Of a stretch of DNA of 64,000 nucleotides, positions 58,250 to 64,000 are shown piece after piece. How positions within the stretch are numbered: the stretch's first letter is position 1; every line of letters starts with the position of its first letter. The position numbers and the translations under genes were made by a program. Source of the DNA: a virus (taxonomy: Duplodnaviria > Heunggongvirae > Uroviricota > Caudoviricetes); IMG/VR virus record IMGVR_UViG_3300020045_008999, positions 320,001-384,000 of that record; one strand, 5' to 3'. The notes beneath the pieces were generated by a model. The model worked only from the letters and a program-made list of their open reading frames with translations. It was not told the origin of the DNA and did no database searches.

Positions 58250-60037
58250 ACTATATCTTCGTCTATATTCATATTACATACTATTTTATTTAGTAATGAT
58301 AAAAATGTAATGATTGTTGCAAATAAGGGGGATACTGCTATTGAAATTATTGATAAAATAAAATCAATCTATACATTATTACCATTCTTTTTAAAACCTG
58401 GTGCTAAAATATGGAATCAGAAGTCACTTACGTTTGAAAATGGATGTAGATTGAAAATTTCAGCACGTAGTAAAACACCCGCGATTGGATTTACCATAGA
58501 TTTATTATATCTGGATGAGTTCGCACATATCCCATCAAATATAATTGAACCGTATTACACGGCCGCTTTTCCAGTTACCGCGGCGGTTAAGAATTCCAAA
58601 ATTATTATTACGTCAACGCCAAATGGTATGAATTTATTTCATAAGCTTCTTACTAATGCTGAGCGGCCAGATGGTGATCCACTTAAAAATAACTACAAGG
58701 CGTTGCGTGTATACTGGCATCAGGTACCCGGAAGATTTGTTACGTATGTTAGATTAAATGATCATCATATGTATAATTTAGGAATTACTAGGGATGAAGT
58801 TTTTCAACAATTATATGACGCATATAGTGCAGTTACCAAAGTTGAAATGGAATACTTGACTGATAATATGAAGTACACCATTAATATTTTCAATAATGAT
58901 TTATGTTCGGATGAAGACGTGAATGGATTTATGTTTGTTGATTCTGGCGGTAAAGAACGATGGTTGCATGAATTTGCTGAGGTTACATCATGGAAAAAGG
59001 AAGCAATTAAAGATATCGGGGGTGAGGATGCATTTAACCAAGAATATGATCTTCGATTTATTAACGGATCACGATCATTATTGACTGAAAGCGTTATAGA
59101 AAAATTAATTGGTGGAAAGAGACATTATGCACATCGCATGCTGGATGCACTTGAGAAGAGACTCAAATTCTCATATGCTGGCATGTCCTGGGTGGATAAT
59201 GATGATGTATTTAATCATGCGAATCGATTAAATGTCAAGGGAGTCATGTCAATTGATATTGCTGAGGGATTGGGACAAGACTATTCAATTATTAATATTT
59301 TTAAAATTGATAAAAAACCGGATGATGTCATAGAAATGAATCGTGCAAAGTATACGAAGATGTCTGATTTTTTCAACTTAACACAAATTGGGTTATTTAG
59401 ATCTAATTTAGTTTCGGTTAAACAATTGGCTGAAGTATTTTATACATTAGCGTTTGAATATTTCAACCCTGATAATTTTAAAGTCGTTTTGGAAATGAAT
59501 ATGTTTGGTGGTGAATTATTGGCACATCTACCACATTTGTTCGGTGGTAATAATAATTACGGATCCTATATATTCTTTAGGTATAAACACCGTGCTGATG
59601 CAGAAGAAGAAAAGATCGGATTAAAAATCGGTGAAAATAAAAACATAATTGTTAAGAAATATCAAGATGCCATGAATGGGAGAGATTTTGTAATATCTAA
59701 TGAGGACAACGTTCGTGAGATTACTACATTTGTGAAACATGTGACCGCATCTGGTAACATTCGATATGCCGGTGATTCAGGTAATGATGATTCTGTAATG
59801 ACGGTTGTTAATGCTTCAACTGTATTTGAGAAGTCTGTGTATTATGAAATGGTTGATGATTATGCAAAAACCATATTAGATAATGTGACGTATAATAAAT
59901 ATAACGAATATCTTAAAAATAGCGTAGAACATGTAGAAAGTGCTGACTATACTGCATTGTTAAACGTTAACAGGAGACGAAAGTTACAAAATGTAAGTTA
60001 TCAGCCAAAAATTGACTGGAGTAAAAAGAGTGGATAA
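57803..60037 (+). CDS. C-intein + terminase large subunit C-terminal fragment (ATPase remainder and nuclease)
   Basis: Intein ends YYTNDILSHN|T; Walker B LYLDEFA, ITSTPNG, FNQEY, nuclease SIDIAEG.GQDYS, LEMN, NDDSVM. Confidence 0.92.
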   Translation: MLEIKQLVVHCLYKLLEIIEYFELRDRDLNEDDDSKKIIQSNLVSGYKVLTDTGYVDIEEINQTQPYRVHRVWLENGLYLDCASNHILYTSEYKEVFVSELVIGDFIITKDGPVKVIDVIKMPYKLTMGDLSVDHPNQRYYTNDILSHNTISSSIFILHTILFSNDKNVMIVANKGDTAIEIIDKIKSIYTLLPFFLKPGAKIWNQKSLTFENGCRLKISARSKTPAIGFTIDLLYLDEFAHIPSNIIEPYYTAAFPVTAAVKNSKIIITSTPNGMNLFHKLLTNAERPDGDPLKNNYKALRVYWHQVPGRFVTYVRLNDHHMYNLGITRDEVFQQLYDAYSAVTKVEMEYLTDNMKYTINIFNNDLCSDEDVNGFMFVDSGGKERWLHEFAEVTSWKKEAIKDIGGEDAFNQEYDLRFINGSRSLLTESVIEKLIGGKRHYAHRMLDALEKRLKFSYAGMSWVDNDDVFNHANRLNVKGVMSIDIAEGLGQDYSIINIFKIDKKPDDVIEMNRAKYTKMSDFFNLTQIGLFRSNLVSVKQLAEVFYTLAFEYFNPDNFKVVLEMNMFGGELLAHLPHLFGGNNNYGSYIFFRYKHRADAEEEKIGLKIGENKNIIVKKYQDAMNGRDFVISNEDNVREITTFVKHVTASGNIRYAGDSGNDDSVMTVVNASTVFEKSVYYEMVDDYAKTILDNVTYNKYNEYLKNSVEHVESADYTALLNVNRRRKLQNVSYQPKIDWSKKSG

Positions 60038-60057
60038 TAATTATCCACTCTTTTTTT
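60023..60057. terminator. Bidirectional intrinsic terminator
   Basis: AAAAAGAGTGGATAAT-A-ATTATCCACTCTTTTT. Confidence 0.85.
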
Positions 60058-60337
60058 AGTTTGTTTCCATGGACACCGTCAGTCCAGCACTTTTTAATTT
60101 GTTATGCATTTTGGTGATCGTGTCTTTATCACCTCTCTTCACATCACATTTCCCGGTGAAATGTACAATATGTGCCACTTGTTCTGCTTGTTCAGCCACA
60201 TGTCCACAGTATTTCATAAGACTGTTTATGACGTGTGGGAAAGTGTTGTGATCATCGTTATGAACGATCAGAACGTAAGAACTTGTGATGTTTTCTTGTG
60301 TTTTTTCTTGTGTTTTTTCTTGTGTTAGTATTCCCAT
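60056..60337 (-). CDS. clpS: Clp protease adaptor ClpS
   Basis: LIVHNDDHNTF.HVI...QAEQVAHIVHFTGKC.VK.G. Confidence 0.9.
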   Translation of the reverse strand: MGILTQEKTQEKTQENITSSYVLIVHNDDHNTFPHVINSLMKYCGHVAEQAEQVAHIVHFTGKCDVKRGDKDTITKMHNKLKSAGLTVSMETN

Positions 60338-60409
60338 TGTTCGTTAAGATTTTATATTTTTGAATAATGTTAGTATATATTAATATTTTTTTAGCTCTTT
60401 TGTAAAATA

Positions 60410-60814
60410 TTAGTTGATTATTTTTAGCCAACCATATTTTACTTGTTCTTCAATTGTTAAATCACCAAATATATAAGCATACCCCTTGCTGCGCAAATAA
60501 TCTACTACAATGCTTGGTAGGCTACTCTCAGAGCGACCAAATGTATTTATTAATGCTATTCCAGAATCTGGTGTAGATGTACTTATTTTATAATGCATTT
60601 TTGATATTTCGATAGCATCTTCATCTGATATACTACTAAGATCTCTCAGTTCTATATACGAATCTTGTTCTAAGCAAGTGTAAAACCCAACGATGTCATA
60701 TTCATCTAGTAAACTTCCATAAGAAAGACCAGTGGTGGTAGTGTAGTGATAATCGATATTTGGGTAGTGCATGAAAAATGCGGCTTTATTCGTTAATGTG
60801 TTTTCCATATGCAT
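60410..60814 (-). CDS. Hypothetical protein
   Basis: 134 aa; LRDLSSISDEDA and DYLRSKGYA motifs. Confidence 0.7.
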   Translation of the reverse strand: MHMENTLTNKAAFFMHYPNIDYHYTTTTGLSYGSLLDEYDIVGFYTCLEQDSYIELRDLSSISDEDAIEISKMHYKISTSTPDSGIALINTFGRSESSLPSIVVDYLRSKGYAYIFGDLTIEEQVKYGWLKIIN

Positions 60815-61332
60815 TATGTTGAAATTAGTTGAATTTGGTTTATCGAATCAATTATGGTTATTTTAATTGGTTGTACTTTTGCCCATTCGACAAACTTAAC
60901 CAAGTGTTCGGCCCTATCGTCATACATAATAAGTTCAGTTGCATTTGGATACTCTTTTATTTTTTGTTCATATACCCCAATTTTGAATGAATATGTATCG
61001 TGTGTTGGGTTACATAATACGTCCTTGAATGAAAGTGCATGTTTATCCAAAATTTTGCGTACACCATCTTCCATTCGCTTTATTCTACCAGTTACTAAAT
61101 ATACTACACTATTTGGTTCATTTGTGTGTATATCGTAATAGTTTTTTATCCATTCGTTAACTGGGTGGTCAAATATTTCGGTGTTCAGTGAATCTCTACT
61201 AGCCCACCAACTACCTTTTGGAAATGGTTCGCCCATTTTCTCTGCCCATATACGCTTCCCATCTTCGGCATTCATTGTGTTGACTAAAGTTGAATCAAAG
61301 TCAAATATAACTATTTTATCGATATTGCTCAT
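60814..61332 (-). CDS. HAD-superfamily phosphatase (Swiss-army-knife RNA-repair-like HAD)
   Basis: FDFDSTL, LVTGR, K, MYDDR. Confidence 0.8.
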   Translation of the reverse strand: MSNIDKIVIFDFDSTLVNTMNAEDGKRIWAEKMGEPFPKGSWWASRDSLNTEIFDHPVNEWIKNYYDIHTNEPNSVVYLVTGRIKRMEDGVRKILDKHALSFKDVLCNPTHDTYSFKIGVYEQKIKEYPNATELIMYDDRAEHLVKFVEWAKVQPIKITIIDSINQIQLIST

Positions 61333-61446
61333 TTATGTATTGTATTTTTTTATTATATTGTGGGTGATTTATTGTGTAATTAAACTATCACTTGTGCTTG
61401 TAATTAATTTAAGTTTTTTACCTCTTTTGGTAGCCACTTATTAATG

Positions 61447-61477
61447 CAAACATAAAACAAATAATTCATATTTCAAA
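61447..61477 (-). promoter_or_regulatory. Bacteroidota primary-sigma promoter TTTG-N19-TATGTTTG
   Basis: Matches the established consensus. Confidence 0.65.
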
Positions 61478-61519
61478 ATGGATAAGGATAAATAATATAT
61501 ATAATAAAAAATATAAATT

Positions 61520-61942
61520 ATGATGAACTATAATATTAAGAATATATTATTGGCAATAATGGTTGCAATTTCGGTTTTCTTTTTTTATAAATGGTATTTC
61601 AGTACAGATGAAGTAGATGCTGCGGAAATTGCTGAACTCAAAACAGAAAATGTTAAAATTGAAAAAGAACGTGATAGTTTGATGCAAGCAAAAGATTCTA
61701 TCGTGTTACACTCTGAGGAATTAGAACGTATAGTGGTTATCAATCAGACCAGTGTATTAGAACTACGTAAACAATTGGTGGAACTTGAATATAATTTAGG
61801 CGAGGCTAAAACTGAATTGGTTAAATCACAAATTGAAATCGCGCTGAGTCTAAAAGAAATTGCCGATTTAAAAGCTCACCCGAATAAGAGAACCGGTGAG
61901 GAATTATTAAATTCTCTTGCTGAAAAAATAAAAAGAAATTAA
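61520..61942 (+). CDS. N-terminally anchored coiled-coil protein (inner-spanin-like)
   Basis: N-terminal TM plus long heptad region; late-type motif upstream. Confidence 0.5.
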   Translation: MMNYNIKNILLAIMVAISVFFFYKWYFSTDEVDAAEIAELKTENVKIEKERDSLMQAKDSIVLHSEELERIVVINQTSVLELRKQLVELEYNLGEAKTELVKSQIEIALSLKEIADLKAHPNKRTGEELLNSLAEKIKRN

Positions 61943-62430
61943 TGAAAAATCTAATATACATTTTTATACTATTATTCTCGTTTATAGGTACCTATGCACA
62001 GGGAATGAAAACCCCAAGATTTCATATTGTTGAAAAGGATACACTGGGTGTATTAATATCAATATCAGATGCACAGAAGTTGGACAATGATGGTGATATT
62101 TTAAAAATATATGAACAGTTGGCACTTGACTATGATACAACAGGCTATAAATATTTGACAATCATAGATAATATGGGAAAACAAATAGCAACGCTAAAGT
62201 TGGAAATTACTAAAAATGGTACAATAATAGCAACACAGGCCGATCTTATTACAGACCTTAAACGAATCATAGCAATTTATGAGACCGATCGGGATTTATC
62301 AAATTTACAAGCTGCTAATAATGTAAATATTATTAAAAATTTAGAAAAGAAAGTGAAACGATCATTTTGGCAAAAAATAGGTGGGTCATCGGTTGCTTTG
62401 GTAGTTATTGGATTTTTAATACTTAAATAA
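61942..62430 (+). CDS. Signal-peptide coiled-coil protein with C-terminal TM (spanin-partner-like)
   Basis: Signal peptide ending TYAQ, coiled coil, C-terminal hydrophobic tail; coupled to upstream gene. Confidence 0.45.
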   Translation: MKNLIYIFILLFSFIGTYAQGMKTPRFHIVEKDTLGVLISISDAQKLDNDGDILKIYEQLALDYDTTGYKYLTIIDNMGKQIATLKLEITKNGTIIATQADLITDLKRIIAIYETDRDLSNLQAANNVNIIKNLEKKVKRSFWQKIGGSSVALVVIGFLILK

Positions 62431-62482
62431 CCAAAATTACGTTTTATAAATATAATATATAATAAAAATAGATTTTATAAAA

Positions 62483-62995
62483 ATGAAACACGTTAGAAAT
62501 TACGAAGCTCATAAAAGTTTGAAGAATAATGTATCTGAAACAGTTCTGCCTATGGATGATGGGTTTGTGATTGTTACAACGGTAACAATTCCTAAATCAA
62601 TGATTAATTCATATGTTAAAAAAGTTAAGGATTTAACTGGTCAGGATTTGAAATCAATATATGGTGAGCAAACAATTGGTGAGGAATTGGTGAAATATGT
62701 TCACAAAACATTTCTTGATACTGATCAATTACCCGCAAATGCATTAACTGGTGGTCCGGATCCACAAGTTCAAGTTCAGGTACAAGGTGAGCCACAGGCG
62801 CAAATTGAGCCACAGGTTCAACCACAGGTTCAGCCACAAGTTCAGCCACAGGTTCAAGCACAAGCTCAACCAGTACAAGGTCAGGCAGAAGTTCAAACAC
62901 AAGTACAAGGCCAAGCAGCACAAGATGAGTTTGAAGATGTACAGGCCCAAGATGATGCGGAAGTACAGGAAGAAAATAATGATCTACCAATATAA
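62483..62995 (+). CDS. Hypothetical protein with Gln/Pro/Val repeat tail
   Basis: MKHVRNYE N-terminus; (QPQV)n repeats at about 62760-62920. Confidence 0.75.
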   Translation: MKHVRNYEAHKSLKNNVSETVLPMDDGFVIVTTVTIPKSMINSYVKKVKDLTGQDLKSIYGEQTIGEELVKYVHKTFLDTDQLPANALTGGPDPQVQVQVQGEPQAQIEPQVQPQVQPQVQPQVQAQAQPVQGQAEVQTQVQGQAAQDEFEDVQAQDDAEVQEENNDLPI

Positions 62996-63011
62996 AGGTA
63001 GTACATAACAT

Positions 63012-63042
63012 AAAAAAAGTTGGACTAGTTCCAACTTTTTTT
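63012..63042 (+). terminator. Intrinsic terminator
   Basis: AAAAAAAGTTGGA-CTAGT-TCCAACTTTTTT. Confidence 0.8.
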
Positions 63043-63066
63043 ATGTGAATATTTAATATATACGGT

Positions 63067-63699
63067 ATGAATTATATTAAACTTTTTGAAAATTATAAAA
63101 ATAGTAGCTTATTGATAATAGATGTCCAAAAATCATTTAAGGATTTTTTCACAGAACAATATGTTATTGAGTTAAAAAAATATGCAAAGTCATTCAGTAA
63201 TGTTTACCAAGTGTGGGATAATCACGTGGATGGTAAGGATGTTGATTTAGATTACTTATATGATAGTGAGCCAGATATCCCAATGCATAGTGATTTATAT
63301 CGATTTCCAAATGAGATTGAAATTATTGAAAAGCGATACAATTATGATGTTGATATTGATTTTTATAAAAGTATTATAAGTAACGAAGATTATAAACGAA
63401 TTTCCGATATGGTCAATGGCAACACAATAAAGCCAGGTGATTATGTACAAACCAATAAAGGTACTATAATTGTTTATATAGGAAACAAACATATATATTT
63501 TCACTGTCCTAAGAAATTGTATGATATTCTATCTACTGTAAAAGAAAATCAAATGAATGGCGCGGCAGAAGACTTGATAGTGGTTGGTGGTAGTGATAGT
63601 GAATGTTTAGAAGATGTAGTTATATGTGCTAAGGCTATGGGTGTTCGCATTACTAGAAATAATCAATATATTTACACGGCAACAAATTGCCCAATTTAA
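63067..63699 (+). CDS. Isochorismatase/nicotinamidase-like cysteine hydrolase
   Basis: LLIIDVQ (Asp), IEK (Lys), VVGGSDSEC (Cys). Confidence 0.7.
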   Translation: MNYIKLFENYKNSSLLIIDVQKSFKDFFTEQYVIELKKYAKSFSNVYQVWDNHVDGKDVDLDYLYDSEPDIPMHSDLYRFPNEIEIIEKRYNYDVDIDFYKSIISNEDYKRISDMVNGNTIKPGDYVQTNKGTIIVYIGNKHIYFHCPKKLYDILSTVKENQMNGAAEDLIVVGGSDSECLEDVVICAKAMGVRITRNNQYIYTATNCPI

Positions 63700-63703
63700 A
63701 ACC

Positions 63704-63730
63704 AAAAACACCAAATATTTGGTGTTTTTT
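63704..63730. terminator. Bidirectional intrinsic terminator
   Basis: AAAAACACCAAATATTTGGTGTTTTT. Confidence 0.8.
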
Positions 63731-63731
63731 A

Positions 63732-64000
63732 TTAAATATTATATCTTTTACCAATCTCGGCATATACCTTGTAATCGCTTATTTCAAAATTTATAATCAT
63801 TATTTCACGAAAATCTGTTAAGTCTTCTATGAATACTACATCTAATTTGTACCCAATGTTTATGATCTCCGGTATATAATTTAAAATTTGGGTGGTTAGT
63901 ATTTTTTTAATTTGTGACGCGGCAACTTTGGTTTGGTATAAATAATGTAACAAATCACCGCCGAAATCATAATCACCTAAAACTTCACCTTTGTTCGTGA
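63732..64000 (-). CDS. gp25-like baseplate wedge protein (5' part outside the window)
   Basis: Frame open to the window end, reading TNKGEVLGDYDFGGDLLHYLY, matching the gp25 T.KGE...FG..L..YL signature. Confidence 0.75.
   Translation of the reverse strand, partial: TNKGEVLGDYDFGGDLLHYLYQTKVAASQIKKILTTQILNYIPEIINIGYKLDVVFIEDLTDFREIMIINFEISDYKVYAEIGKRYNI

Noticed and set aside
60290-60326. 12-nt tandem repeat in clpS
   Set aside because: Simple in-frame slippage (TQEK) in the variable N-terminal extension.
62625-63011. Alternative-frame ORFs with LNLW or HRF repeats
   Set aside because: By-products of the QPQV repeat in the real gene.
1-64000. Genome-wide stop-codon reassignment (code 15 or 4)
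   Set aside because: Long structural genes (2181, 1161 and about 976 aa) are uninterrupted in the standard code, and TAG and TGA serve as true stops at convergent gene ends.
1-64000. CRISPR array, tRNA or rRNA genes
   Set aside because: No regularly spaced repeats or cloverleaf-like GC-rich segments were seen, and intergenic gaps are short and AT-rich. tRNAscan-SE would be the formal check.

Overview
A 64 kb AT-rich (roughly 30% GC by eye) segment of a large T4-like myophage (jumbo-phage type), read in the standard genetic code, with scattered, frequently strand-switching genes. Morphogenesis genes: gp5-like hub with an L,D-peptidase-like domain, tail sheath, tail tube, gp26/gp51-like, gp25-like, tape-measure-like, a 2181-aa virion protein, TerS and TerL. 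Replication/recombination genes: UvsW, primase, the C-terminal half of a split family-B polymerase, sliding clamp, UvsY and a degenerate gp47/Mre11. Accessory genes: two adenine methyltransferases, ClpP, ClpS, HAD and nucleotidyltransferase enzymes, and a two-domain glycosyltransferase. TAnnTTTG promoters, A-rich SD-less start contexts and Bacteroidota-type ClpS/Hc1 point to a Bacteroidota host. Main highlights: (1) TerL is broken inside its Walker A motif by an atypically split intein whose halves carry extra hydrophobic helices and are separated by one in-frame TAG. (2) A mucin-like Thr/Pro-rich virion protein is directly followed by an HPAT-like + GT6 (blood-group-B-like) glycosyltransferase, a candidate virion O-glycosylation system. 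(3) Three promoter classes are readable from the DNA: host TTTG-N19-20-TAnnTTTG, AAAC-N18-TATAA and TTWATATATA. (4) A capsid-targeting-like peptide recurs on many unrelated proteins. No tRNA, rRNA or CRISPR array was seen. All family assignments come from motif recognition, not database searches.
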